Origin: Lingula anatina
Taxonomy: Eukaryota > Animalia > Brachiopoda
DNA: 64,000 bases
Assembly (NCBI GenBank): GCA_051362555.1
Contig: CM120640.1
Coordinates: 69,046,788-69,110,787, forward strand
Direction of reading: 5' to 3'
This document shows, in pieces, positions 30,692 to 44,761 of the stretch (positions within the stretch are counted from its first letter, which is position 1; each line of letters begins with the position of its first letter). The notes beneath the pieces were generated by a model. The model did no database searches. It was not told the origin of the DNA and worked only from the letters and a program-made list of their open reading frames with translations. The position numbers and the translations under genes were made by a program.

Positions 30692-33600
30692 TCATTCTTT
30701 CAGTTTGTGCCACTGTGCAATCTGTTTTCTGGGACAGTTCACTACTTCACTCCAGTGGCACAATTCATTCCCCTTAGTATGTACACCCAGGTCCAGTCTG
30801 CCTATGACCTCGTTCTTGGTGACACGATCGTAGTCTAAGAGAAGCAGTTCCAGACCAATGTTTTCGAGGCCTTCGTTCGAGGGTACGTCAAATACGAAAG
30901 ATTCGTTGAAAACTGGATTGACGGTTCTTTTCTTGACGTGGGTTTTCTTTTTCGCAACACGTTGGCCGTCGTATAACAAATAAATCTTTACATATGGATC
31001 TGGAAAAAGAAGATGAAGAAGATAAATTACACTATTTCATACATATATAATGATCCATTTTATAATGACATTTAACGTTCATAATATATATTTATTGCAC
31101 GACATTTCGTGTGTTGATAATTTCCTCCACCAGATTCGTCTAACACTGAGAATAAACAGTAATGGCCAACGGGAGGTTTATTCTTTTTTGTCTGATATTA
31201 CAAAATGCCTAACATAATTTTTGGTAGTGAATAAAAACGTCACGGGCAATGGGAAACTTCAGATATCCAAAGCTTTTCTTTAACTCTGTTAGATGTAAGA
31301 CAGACAAAGTAATTATAGTACCATTACACATTCCCACGAGACAAGCCTTGCGACCAGTGCCAATAACACAAAAGTAATATCCTTTGACGTATTGGCTGCC
31401 ATGCAAATATTTTGTTTGTATCTATTCTAATGTAGAGTTGACATGCCAGGCTTCCAGATAGTTTGCTATCATCTCGATATTCTCAGAGTTCACCATTTAC
31501 GTAGTTCCATCAGTTAATTGGAGATCGCAGTCAGATATAGTTTCTACAGGAAATTGGGTTGGCTTTGCATAATATGCAGGAACACAGCTACAGGTCGCTC
31601 AGATTCACATTATTTGAAGCAGCCTGTCTTTTACTAGATACACCAGCGGCATTTACTAATGTTATAACAGTATTTATTCTTAGGTTCGCGGTAGCAATAA
31701 AACAGACCGTGGTGGGCGGTACTCGAAATTTTTGGTTTGCTCTAATTACAGTGGTCGCGCTAATTGGCAGTCAGTTTCTGCTTAGAGAGACCCTAATATC
31801 TTCTTAAATTTATTACTTTTGATTTAAGTGAGTTCTGATGTTTTGGTTACCAACCCTGAGTAAAGTGGTTCATTAATTATTATTGGCCTCGAGGGAGGGT
31901 TTCTGCACTGTGACGCCATATTGATATTGGGACAGTAAAATATTTGTGTCGGTGTCATTGTCGGCGTGAAGGGTTACTTTCGTACGTGTGCTTCTCTGTA
32001 TAATGTGTGACACATTGACAAGAGAATACATCTACTGGGATGTTTCACATCGCACTTGACTAGTAATCAGGTCGATATATCAATAGCTTTATTTGTATAA
32101 TCATGCCTGAATTATTGGCAGCAACTCGTGTCGTGGGAATGGTATTACTGCCAACCTGTTGTGTCTTTGATATTAACCACCACTTGCGCGTCTTTGCCAC
32201 ATCCGTTATTTCACGCCGATTCATCAGACAGGCCATTTTAAATCTAACAATTAAAGGAGTTACTTGTGCTATTTTTGTATGGTGTCCAATTTTATTTTTC
32301 GCTTAGTTTAAAAGTAACGAATGCATATTCTCTGTGCTTACCCAACTGTTGTTATCTTCACATTCATTTTCCATTAGCAAACGTTTAAGTTCACAAATAG
32401 ATCTTAATACTTGCAGTAGCATATGTCTTACTTTATAATTATCTTTCAATAATATCCTTTTACTGCTATATTTTTCGTTTTATCCTTGCAAGGAATACGC
32501 TTACGTAATATGTGAAATACGCAATGTAGGCCCTACAGATTCTGCGATTAAATTTTAATTTAAACAACGTGTAGGTGAGCTTTTTGAAGTGTTTCAGTAG
32601 AATTTGAGCTGTGCATGATGGCGAATATTTATGAGTTTCCATTATAAACTAACCACAAATACACTGCGAGGCTTGCGTTTCACGAGTCACTTCACATCCC
32701 CTCCTGGTAACGCGCCCACACAGCCTAATGCGCCAGACTTTGAGAAACTCCGTTTCTAGACAGCTCTTGTTTTTTTTCTATATATTTCATTGGATTCTGC
32801 AATTCGCGTGACCCAGGAGAAATGGCCCCATCAAGCACTGAATCAAAAACCCATAAATCACAAGTAATCAGATTTCCTGACAGAAGATGCAGGATAGGTA
32901 TTGATATAACGTGCGCGCCGCATTATGACAAAACACAATCGAATCCCTTGTTTGCTACTGGTTCTAATGCCAATACGAAGACATTTCCTTATTATGTAAA
33001 CCATGACATTTATATAAATGAAATATTATTGTTAAGATTATTAGTAAAATGGGTAGATCATTACTTCGTCTTGGTGATAGCTATTTCTAGTCATTCTGCC
33101 CTAGTACCTTAGAAATGCCCACGCCGAACAGGCATTGCCATTCAAAGATAATGTCACACATTCCCAAAAGTCGCGTGTTATATTAAGCAATTATGCACCA
33201 ACGAAAGTTCTTGAATGAAAATACTTAGGGTTTGGATCTTATAGAACCAGCGGTGGTAATGATCTCGGTTTCCAAAATGTTGGAAGTTTAAGGTTAAGAA
33301 GAAAATTAATTCTAGGAATTATTATATATAGACCTGCTTCATTGCGCCGCGGGAAAAAAAAACAGCTAAATTTAGGAATGAGGAGCGGTATGACATTTTA
33401 CATGCCGTGTTGCATCATCGTTTGAAACGCCATTACATGACTGGGATTTCATGTCATTCTGCAGCTGTTTGAAGGCATTTCTTGAAACGACACTGCCACC
33501 TTATTTATAAAACTATCTCCGTTTATGTACATTACACTATGAAAACTGATTGTTTTTTTCTACTTCAGGCACCTTGAGGCATTCCTATGAATTTGCATAT

Positions 33601-35310
33601 ATATTATACATTCAACAGTCAAATATAAGTTCGAATCTAAAAGAAAGCAGCAAAGCTGTAAAATGTACAGAAATAAAGCAGAAAATTACTATGATAGTGT
33701 ACAAAACAATATAACATGATGCTTAACAGCATAAATCACCAGCAATTTTAATCATATCTTACTGTTATTACGGCCATTCAGAAAATCTAACTAGTACAGG
33801 GCATCAGGCCCATGGGAGTTCAAAGTTCCACCTCAAAAATCCCATTGTGTGAAAAGTGACTTCTTCACAAAATACTGCATAACTTCAAGAACAAAAGTCC
33901 AATAAATAGCTGTTATTCTAATTTGGCCTGTATTTTGGTACCATAAATCAGTCCAGTAAACTGCAAGATAATAAGCCACACTTTTTTACATTTATTTCGT
34001 TAACTGTGAAAAGTACACGGGGACGCCGCCGACGACGACAGACGCAGGTGATGGCTGAATGTATAGATATACGGTGTCTGTACATAAAAATACAAATATG
34101 ACTTCTACTTCATTGGTTCGAATGACAAGCAAGCGTTTCGACATGCGTGCATGTAAATCAATTTACGAAGATGTCGTAAAGTTAATCAAAATGCGGTTTC
34201 ATCTACCTATGTCACCATCAATCATTTCTTCTACGACCATACATCCACCATATCCGTATTAAGGCAACGACGCCTTCATAATCAAATTTCAGCTGTTTTA
34301 TTGACGCTATAAATTGAAGAAAGTGGTTTTATATGTATTGCCAATAATGCCTCGTTTACTGGACTGAAGCAGTCATTAACCACAAGACGGTGAACATGAT
34401 GTCACCAACAGATACGTAATTAGAAACTCTTATTTATTTTTATCCCCTCGGCATTATACAGTAAATTCAATTTTGTTTGCTTTAACATGCGCGTTTTGCA
34501 ATAGTCTCAAAACACTAGGCTCATGTAGCGGATTATCTCCACTTGCAGACGTAATATTACTATTCAGTCATGCGAATAAGAGCATTGACGTGAGCACTTC
34601 GGCCTGCCTTCATTCCAAGGAATATTGGATTTGCCAGAGGATATTAGGAGACAAAGGTCACTCACTCAGACGAAAATTGCTTTGCCGAGAGTGTATTTGG
34701 TCGACTATGCTTTTCAAATGAAGTTTCCAAGGAAAGAGAAGAAAGCATTACAGTGTAAAACCTTCCTCACGCCAGTGGATTCTAAAAGGCACGTAGATAC
34801 TGTGAGGCCTATCAACTGGTCATGTTTGATTGGGTTAATATCGACTTTATTTCCCGTAATTCGATGTAAACAGAAAAAAATCTTTTCATAAAGATGCCTC
34901 TTCTAAGCCTCAATGTCACATTACCTGTCGCTTGGGATTTGACTAATTGTCGTATTCAGAAATTCAGAATGGCCTTCGTGATTTCAGCCATGTACGCCGA
35001 AGCAAACAAATTGGTGAATTTCAAAACGCGCTGAACTAAAAATATTTGCAGTTTTGCTGCCGTTTAAAGTAAACCCATATAATTGTTATAGTTTTTTTAT
35101 TCCTTACACCTTTTTTATCATCAATATTTGCTATGTTTTATACATATATTCAATAATTGTAATAGCATTATGCACAGAGAGAGAGGGAGAGGAGATGTAC
35201 ACGGCAGATGTATGTATACGCATTGGTAAAATAACATTGTTTTAACATAATTGTTTCTCTTTATTTTTACCTTATTACGTTTTTAGACATAGAGACCCTT
35301 CATTGACTTT

Positions 35311-35374
<64 letters not shown>

Positions 35375-38300
35375 CCTTTGCGTACGGAAAATGAGATATT
35401 GGAAAACCTAGAAGCATTCTGGACAAGTCGATTACTGTCTGGTCGGTAATGCCATTATGTTAATAATTGTGCTGTCTATTCATTGCTTTTCATTCATAAT
35501 TCTGGCGCTATTTGGATTACGATCACGCTATTAACTTGCCAAAGAATACAACATTAGAAATCCAACACTTCAGAAAGAAGTGAAATGCTTAGATCCCAAG
35601 TTATCTAAGGTAATTTTGTTCTCATTTTCCTCTGCTTTTCCTTCTTTAGTATGGATCTAAATTCTTTAGTATAGATCTAAATTTTAAGGCGTAATAAAAC
35701 CAACTAACAGGAGGAGTACTAGTTAAATACGACATAACTTTCATTTGATTGTACTAGAACATAAGTCTGGAATACATGATATCTACGAAGACAAATTTGA
35801 GAATTTCAAAACGCGCTTAATAAAAGCATTTCTTGTTTTGCTGCCGTTTAAAGAAACCCCAGACTGGCTTTATGGTTTTTAGTCTCTCACATCTTCTTAA
35901 TAAAAAATATTCGATATATGTAATATATATCTATTGAATAAATTGCCCTAGTATTATGTCTCTCTCTTTACATACATACATATATATCTGTCATTCTTTG
36001 CTAGTGGTTACAAAATGTTGAATTTGACCGAAAATTTCAAACTTTCTCTGGGAAGCTGTAATTTTGCGATGTGATAGCTACACCATCACAGTTTATCATT
36101 TCATAAAAAGGGAAACAGCAGCTGCCCTTTTTAGGGCACACAGGAGAGTTGAACAGCTATACCCACCAAATCCAAGACGCGTTACCCTGGGTAATATATT
36201 TTGCACAAACTAATGAAAGTCTAATGGAATGTTTTCAGTTTTAGTTTAAATCATAAGGGGGTGTTGTCTCAATGCTTCAAAACTGGTTTTGAAGAATTTA
36301 ATCCACATTTCATAATTAATAAAAATGGTGAATATGTGGGTCACGGTAACGTTATTGACGCGGGTACAAAAACTTTTTATAATCATGTAAATAATAACAA
36401 TATTTTTGCTATTATCCATACACACTTCATTCATGAGGGGCACACCACTTTCACATGCTTTTAAAATGGAATTGACAAACACAGAGGAATAATGCACATA
36501 TTTTATTTACTGTAACTCTGTCATATGGGACACACACTGAACAAAGTTGATCTAAAGAATGTTCCAGATTGTAGTTTTTTATCAGAACTATTATTTTTTT
36601 ATTATTATTTTAACACAATAAAGTTCAGTTAAATACAAAATTTAACAAAATGAAGTTCAGTGTAACACAAAGTTCATAATTATAACATTCTTCCTGACAT
36701 ATGTAGACCAATGGTGATATCTGTCCTGTGCTCACTAAGGCATCCACTCTTGGGATTCTGAAAAAAAATCACACAAAGAATCTGTTAACTCTGATAACGA
36801 ACAATGGATAACCTAAGATCACAAATAGTTTATTGCTTATTCAAACAAAGTACAGTGCATTATGAGTGGCAAACACGCATTACTGAGACACATTTTCTTC
36901 ACCCATTTTCGGTGCTTCATTGCGTAACGTAAGTGTTGCTAGTAATCCATTATTGCTGTTTTTACAGACGGTTAAATTTTAAACGCACGGAATACAGTGT
37001 AGCAGCTTAATTTAAGACAAAACTAAAAAAAAGTAATTCAATTTCGATGATTGAGTTTTCGAGAACAAGAGAACATGAATACGGTATCACCGCGTCACCA
37101 TGTTCAATATGACCTTTAGTCCCCCATGTGAAACAGACGCAAAACGAAAGTTCAGACGAAGTCACCCTACTTATAGAATGGTAAAAATCAATCGGTACAC
37201 AAATATGTTGAAACAATTGAAGAAAAATGAAACGAAACTCATTATTTCTCACCTTCATACAAAGAAGATCCCAATAAACAATCCTGTGACGGTTAAATCG
37301 AGGGAATTACACCTGTGCCCTGCATCCTATCTCGACAGCGTCATTGCGTTATGCGTTATCAGAATGGGCCACCCGCCAGTTTGAGCTGGTTTTTTTAGTG
37401 TGCAAAAGAAGCCATTCGTGTGTAAGACGTCATCAGTTAGTGAGTATGGAAGAAGATCGCTATCGATGTATAATTTTCACGCGGCATTTTAAAGTCGTCT
37501 GATAAAAATCGATCTCTGAAGTTTCAGCGTTGCGAACGTTATATTGGGACGCGGTGAAGAAAAATCGACCTTGCTGAGCAATAAATGTGAAATTCTTAAG
37601 AAACTGATATTATCATGGACTTCGTGACACAAACTAACCGACATACTACTTTGGACGATTGAACAGTTTTAATACGGAAAGATAGGATTAGATGAAATTT
37701 TCATCGGGGTGGGACACCGCATGTATCGTAAGTTAAGCTAATTTTGTGATCATTTTTCAGTGACTTCAAATAAATTTTTATTTAAATAACAATTTGCACA
37801 TTCTGTTTATTATATCTTCTTGCAGTAGATGTATTTCCTGCTTCAATAATCCATTCAAACCCTAAACAAACTGTTCTTAAATAGAGGTAGGGTCAAAATT
37901 CCACAAAAAAGGACGCCATTTTGAGGGTTATTTCGATATATTTTCTGCTTTTTCTATTTTTTTGCTTTTATAACAACATCCTCCTTGCTCATGCAGCTTC
38001 TTTGATTTGTTATTGAAACATACACAACGATGTCATGAGAATTTGGTTGGCTATCTAAATTTAAATAACATTCTTGTTATGGCCCCCCTGCAGTGCACCA
38101 CTAGCAAAGAATGACTGATATATATACAGAAGACATTAACTTTACCTGTACACAGTTAATGAAGTACAACTAGAAGTAGTAACATACACGTACATGTACC
38201 TGACAGGCCGGTGACGTCCATCTTGGGGAGATCTCTGGCCTTCAAGATGACCACGGTCAATCTGTTGGCCACCGGCTGATAACACAGGGAGACCAACAGT

Positions 38301-41300
38301 TCCCCGCGTCCCTGGGTTACTATCTGGAACAAATGGGAGGTTAATCTATACTAACAGGGAGGAGTATATGGTGTTATGATTTCCCTTAATATAGACCTGC
38401 ATCACATTAGATATGTGTACAAAGATATTATACAAGGTACGCGTACATCTACAAATATAGACTTTGGCTTATGCGACATTTTGTTTTGCAGACTTTACAG
38501 AGGTCTGTTGCCGTGCGCAAAACAACAATGAAAACACCGAAAGCAAAAGTCTATAATTGCTTTATTGTATAATTTAATACCTAAAAGTAAATACCCTATA
38601 GGATAACATCATAAGATGCAACTTTGGTATCACCCAACACCGCTGTGGTCTGATTAATGAGGTTTCCTTTTCTTTGATTGGCCAAAAATCGTTGATATGA
38701 TGATGTCATTCGTCAATATAAGGTTTGGTGATGTCGCCCTCGGTCAATGTCATTTTTTATCATAGCTCAAATTCATGTACTTAAAGCCAATATTTATGCT
38801 CATTATAATTACTGATTGTGAAATAAATATGCTATGCGAAACGCCCGCGTTCCATTGTTTCAATCTCTTCCTATTTCAAACTACGGCTTGGATAGAATAC
38901 ACAAAATTCTCAAATAAAAATAAATTACCAGCACCAAACACAGAACGGTGTGTTATGCAATTTAAACAGAATAAATCATTATTTCTTGCAAAGCTGTGGA
39001 CGAATCTTTTGAAAACTATGAATACTTGTCAGTGCAGCGTTTCTTTTGTAAGAGTTCCTCAAGCCAGCGACGTTCAAATTGAAAGCCGTATAAAATGCAA
39101 TACCCAGGCGAGATCTCAACGGAATTTCGTTTGTTTTCAGCAAAAACAAAATCTGTTTGACTAACCTTCTGTCATAATAAGTGTCTGGCATCTTTTTTGT
39201 AAGATACTAACAATACAGCATCATGCCTAGTAGTCTATCATAGGTGTCAAGTTGTAGAGCATTTACGTCTGTATTGATTGTTGAAAAAAAGAATGGTTGT
39301 AATTCAATTAGAGTATATGTAGACACTAATCTTACCTTCTGTTGCCGAGGAACAATTTCTTTGCAGATGGTTTTCTCTTTATGACCCAGTTCCACGTCTG
39401 CGAGAGGATACACCACTTCCCCTATGATTTCATCCCTCGAGAAACGGTCAAAGCTGACAACAACAAAATGGAAGGTGATGCTTTGAAGCTGATTCACACT
39501 GATCCCGTAGAAAGTAAAAATTTCGTCGTACGTTGGGTTCAAGGTTTTTCTGAGTACTCGTGTTTTCACTTTGTGTCTCTTGTCAGGGAGGAGCTGCAGT
39601 TTGATGTAAGGATCAGCAGTAACATTTGCAGGATCTTTAGCCGGTAGGTCACACGCTCTCAATATGGTGACGACAAGAGACATCTTCTTCTGGTCATATT
39701 GTACCGTGAAGTGAAGTGTCCCAAGTTTTTGCTTCTTTTCCTCCAAATATTTTTCCATGGTCTTTTCGTCATTTTCAGGGGTAAAGTCCCCCTTTTCGCT
39801 CTCCATGTGATAGGCCTCTCCCTTGAACTGCTGCGATTCTAGGTGTTGATGTAGAGGCCCAGAAGAAGATGGCGGAATCTTTTTGTCAGGCACCATTGGC
39901 TCCAAGCGCTGTCCATGGCCCGGACATACCGGGCTTTTCATGGAGATTGAAGACGCGCTGGATTTAAGGCTAGTGCTGCTGAGATCTTTCTTGGGTGCAC
40001 GTTTAAAAGCCGCCGAGGCATAGTCTGGGTGATGTCTAAAGGCAAAGCGGCGTCTGTAGCAGGTTATAAAGCAGATGGACAAGGAGACAAGGAAAGCCAA
40101 ACCACCAAAACAGATTCCCAGAATGGCACCCACGTGTACTGAAAATATATATATATTTAATCAACTTATTTTAGAAAATCTCAAAATGACTCTGACTAAT
40201 TTAATAATATGTCACACATTATGTTTATTACAATTGGAGATATAATGGGCCCTACGTAAGTCAGCCATTATATGTTGTCCTTGTCATATTCGCCGGCCTC
40301 GATTCAGATGTTGTTTAAAATTCGCAGACTGTAAATATATATTTGAAAATACTGGTCTACAAAATTATTTTGAGCATCAGTTTGGTATATGTATTGACTG
40401 CCCACTGACAGTTGAAATACAACATTCATTCAGGTACGGCTGCTTTCTTTAATGATATTAAAAGTTCATGTCACCTTCGAGGATTTTGAAAAAAAAGGTA
40501 AAAATGACTTCATGATTACTCATCTGAAAAATGGAAAATCTTTCTTGTTTGCTGTTTTATTGAATTCAGATATATAGTTCTAAGTGTTCATTGCAATGCT
40601 TTGCACGGTTTCTGTTTCGCGCGTGCTGAAGTGTGTGTTACTGCTATGTATTAGCGTCATTTCCGAGACACTCTCGCCTTTAATCAAACTAATGCCATAT
40701 GGTGAAAAAAAAATCATAGATTAACTCCTCCACGTTACCCTTTATATTAACACATCTATAATATCGCTGAGTATTATTCAATAAAAACACTTTGTTAATA
40801 GGAATAAAGAGAGATGAAGGTAGTGTATTTATCGAGCGCTTGCTAGGATTACACAGCAAACACTGATTAAGAAAGCAATTCAAGTCCATCCCATGATAAA
40901 TTTAAAGCGCCTCCGCTTAAGAGTTAACATATGGTGAAATACTAAAACATTCACTGTAGAAAGACTCTCTTTTTGTTTTGACATAAACACATAGCTCAGT
41001 TTTAATGGTAGTCGGTATCTGTATCTCTGTAAATCTACAGGAAATGGGCTTATTTTACATTTACTATGATTGATATTAATGAGATCTTTCACATTTTTAA
41101 TTGGGTATGGTCTTAGTAAAAACGCTATTTCATTTACTTCTAATTATATTAACATTCTTGCAACAAACTTTTCCTGACGCTTTGACAGAGAACTAAGTTG
41201 CTTCCAAGCTCTCATAAGATCCTACCACAAATTATTGCTTACGATAGTCTGCTTCACCAACCAAAAAACGACACAGGAACAGCAAGATGTGGAAGTTGAT

Positions 41301-41413
41301 CAAAATGTATAGAAAAGACAGTTATCTAGAAACCATGTTGTCTAAATTGAACCAATTTCACTGTAAGAATCTGGCTTACCTGGATGTTCGGGTATTCCTT
41401 CTTTTAGTCCCAT
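30692..41413 (-). CDS. SYT4: Synaptotagmin-4 (Syt4/Syt11 class), 4 coding exons, ~422 aa
   Basis: Exons 41413-41380 ([11 protein letters not shown]), 40138-39336, 38323-38200 and 30999-30692 total 1269 nt with consistent phases. It has an N-terminal TM helix ([25 protein letters not shown]) and a C2A with the class-diagnostic Asp-to-Ser change ([14 protein letters not shown]). C2B reads [12 protein letters not shown]...[24 protein letters not shown]...QIAQWHKL. The first exon is the least certain. Confidence 0.93.
33790..34090 (-). mobile_element. Short Helentron/HINE-like element, same family as 49443-51142
   Basis: The reverse complement begins TTTTTATGTACAGACAC...GCCATCACCTGCGTCTGTCGTCGTCGG and ends GAACTCCCATGGGCCTGATGCCCTGTACTAGT. 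Both parts match segments of the MYEF2 intron 9 element. Confidence 0.7.
35315..35372. repeat. Compound (TC)n(AC)n microsatellite
   Basis: Read directly. Confidence 0.97.
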
Positions 41414-44400
41414 TCTAAAACCCAAACAGTGTCATAGATTACGAGCTTTGGGATACTTAGGCCCGCACTGTCATGTTCAAGTCAACTCTGTGGCGCCGTG
41501 GATCGCTCATTAGGCGAACTGCGAAAATCGATGAAACCAGATGAACAGAATTTCGCTGCAGTGTGTAATATTCAACATCAGCGCACTAATCTAGTCTTGG
41601 CTAGACCAATCAATATCTCTGCTTTACAAGGCAATGCTTTTACTAGGTATATTTGATGTCGTGAAATATAGAAACTTTTAATGATACATATTTAATGTTT
41701 TTCACGTTTTGTCAAAACTACCGTAGAGACAGGAAGATAGATTTCCAGATGCCATGTAATAAGCCCGCGGCTTTCTTTCTCTAGAATTTCATAATACCCA
41801 ACCAATTTAAAAGAATACTGACATTTCAGAAAGGCTCCCTCTTCTAGCACACATGTAAGTCGCACAGAGAGAATATATGATGAACGTGGCTTTAAAAAAT
41901 CGAAAATAATTCATAATTTTATTTTGAAATTTGTAGAATCGTTTTGTCTCGTTTTTCACGTTTCTGATTTGACGTGATTGGAAAAAACATCAGTGAAGGT
42001 GTAACATTGTTGCTTTGCTTCTGACTCACGGTTAGTGTCTTGTTTCGAGAACAATCTACGTCATCCATTCATCAAACATCGGTATGCTGCGCATTTGTCG
42101 GCGTTCCAAACACTACATGATGTAAACAGGCATGGTTAAAAAGTTCAAAGATGGATTAAGGAACAATTAACGATGGGTGATAACGATAAACGGAGAAGGT
42201 GCGGCGCCGCTGATGCGAACGATCATCCGGATATTATCATTATTGTTATATATGACGAGCAAAACGCCGATTTTCAGAACTTAAGACCACTTATTCTTCC
42301 GATGTTTAAGTGGCATAAACCACCTCTCGGTTTGTGTTTACCACCCACACACTGTAAATATTAAAGAGGATAAACTATTCTGTTTGGCCTTCGTAAATTG
42401 AAATCCATCAAGAGCTTTTAAGATATCCATTACGCCATGGTTGAATCTTGTATATGCATCTACAGGGACCGATATCATAAGTCATAATAAATCGGACTGT
42501 ATATCTGTTCTATTTGCTCTTTCCAGCGTCTCTTTCCGTCGGCTTTTATTTATTTATTCATTTTTTTGTCATTGAGACATACTGAGCAACCAATACATAA
42601 GATTTATAACCTAGTTTTCATCTAAATTTCATTTATATCAATTCACATCAAACATTATAATTCTTAGGACCCATTATCTTTCGACCAAGATATGTGTTGC
42701 TGATAAAGCAGTCCGTTCATCAGACTTACTGTTCGGGCATATTTTAACGAGGCCTGTTGATAAAATGTTCAGTGAACAATTATTGTCTGCAAAAAAGGGC
42801 AATCCAATAGAAATGATATATAATGCAATCACACTGAAATAAGAGAAATCATATTGGCCCTTATTTTGGAGGCTTCTAGTGATCCCAGTCCCATCGGAGT
42901 GAATTTTTGCATTTCGGCTCCATTTTCGTTTACAAATGTAAATCGTTTTTCCTCCCACTGTAACTGACTTCATTAAGTGAGGGGTATCGTTTTTCGATGC
43001 AAAAAAATTGATGCTAGATCTGAGGCAAAGAGGCGTTTGTGTAGTCGCAGAAATTCTGAGAGTGATTTTCTCGTGCATTATCGATATGTTCCAGGGGGGT
43101 TGTTTCTTTAATGTATTTTATACCATGTTTCGGGCCGGTGACAATCAGTTTACTAACCTTAATATTTTTTCATTAGGATTTCACTTTAAATTCCCTATGA
43201 ACGATTTGTCGACTTATGGTCGGCTATCAACAACCATTCCATTTTAGATATACGGGGGAAATAATAGGTGCAACAAAAGGTTTTCATCGCGCTTTTGTTC
43301 TTTTTTCCTTGCCAATGCCCACTTCACCCTGTTCATTCATTCATTCATGACACAGTGTCGCTTAATGTCTAGATCACCTGTACACCATAATAATAATAGT
43401 AGTAATCATAATAAAAATAGTCTCGATTTTCGATCATTTTTCACAACTTACCCATTGCATTATATAATCTTTTAAATGCGTTTTTAGAAATACAATTGCT
43501 ATAAATTACGCAAATTATGAAAACACGTATGTCTTTAAACCTAAATCTTTTCTTCTTTCTCATTCATTTTTATTTTTATTTTGTCCTCAAAAGTGCATAA
43601 ACAGATATTATATTCAAGTATAGTTCTTTCACGATAGATAAGAGTGATTTACCCTGGTTTTTTCCACACAAAATGGGGTTTTATTGTCATCATTTTATTC
43701 ACAGGTCGACTCATGACGCAAATACATGTTACATCTTTATAAAAATGACTTGCTACACATGCTCAAATTTAACATTTTCCTCTAACTGAAAATGCAAGGA
43801 ATACAGGTAAGCCAAGAGGGATCTTACTACCGTTGAACTAAAGAGCAACGGTTTTGGAACTTGATAGAAAGATGATCGATGGAAAACTTCAAAATGGTCC
43901 AAGACGCCAGAAATTTGTTACATGATTTATTTACTTTTCCATAGCAGTATCCAACAGACGGTCCCCCGGGTAAATGGAGTTCTTTCTTTTGTGTCAAGCC
44001 TAAGCCAGCTTTGTGATTGATTGAGCTGTAAATGATGCAAGTATACCATTGAAGTATGTTAAGTGCGTTAGTTGACAATGGTAAAGAAAAAAAAGTAAAA
44101 TTCAAGATAGCGCACGAACGTTTAAAATGTCGTTGGAAGGCTATGAATGTTATCCTTGGTAGGGCCTACTGGAAAAGATTTTTTTAAAACGGGACGAAAA
44201 TCCTAGAAGAGGAAAAGGAAAAAAAATGTTGAGATGACACTATTCATTTAAGAGATGTACCAGTTGAGCAGTGGGCTACATCCCAATTTCGTTAAAAAAT
44301 TATCTTATTCTGTTTCCCCGCTTTAAATCGTATTTTCCTCATACACGTCTTTGATTCAGTGTTTTATGCCATTCGTTTCTATTTTCTGACTATTTAAATA

Positions 44401-44761
44401 GGAAATATAGTCGTCGGGTTATTTCGAGTTATTTTTTCGTTTTAAAAGCCTGGATTGGGAAAAATGATAGCTTTGCAGGATATGTAGACCAAGAAAATCT
44501 AGGCAGTTTTAAACAGGTAGTGCCCTCTGACGTTAAAAGCCTCCCTTACCGTCAGATAGAACTGAAATGCAATTTAGATCAGCTAAGATAACGATTTATT
44601 TCTAGTCTGTTCAATTCATTCGTGTACTGATACATACACTTTATGACCTTGTACATTGCAATGTATAATGTGTGACACTAACGTTTATTGTTACATTGGG
44701 ATAAGTGGCAGCTTATCTTGGGTGAAGCGCCATCTAAAGGTGGGACACAGTGTTGATCAAA

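Noticed and set aside
41415-41474. Two short upstream ATG ORFs before the SYT4 start
   Set aside because: The TSS is unknown, so they cannot be placed in the 5' UTR.
42674-43078. 134-aa minus-strand ORF in the SYT4-MYEF2 interval
   Set aside because: No motif, family resemblance or exon structure recognised.
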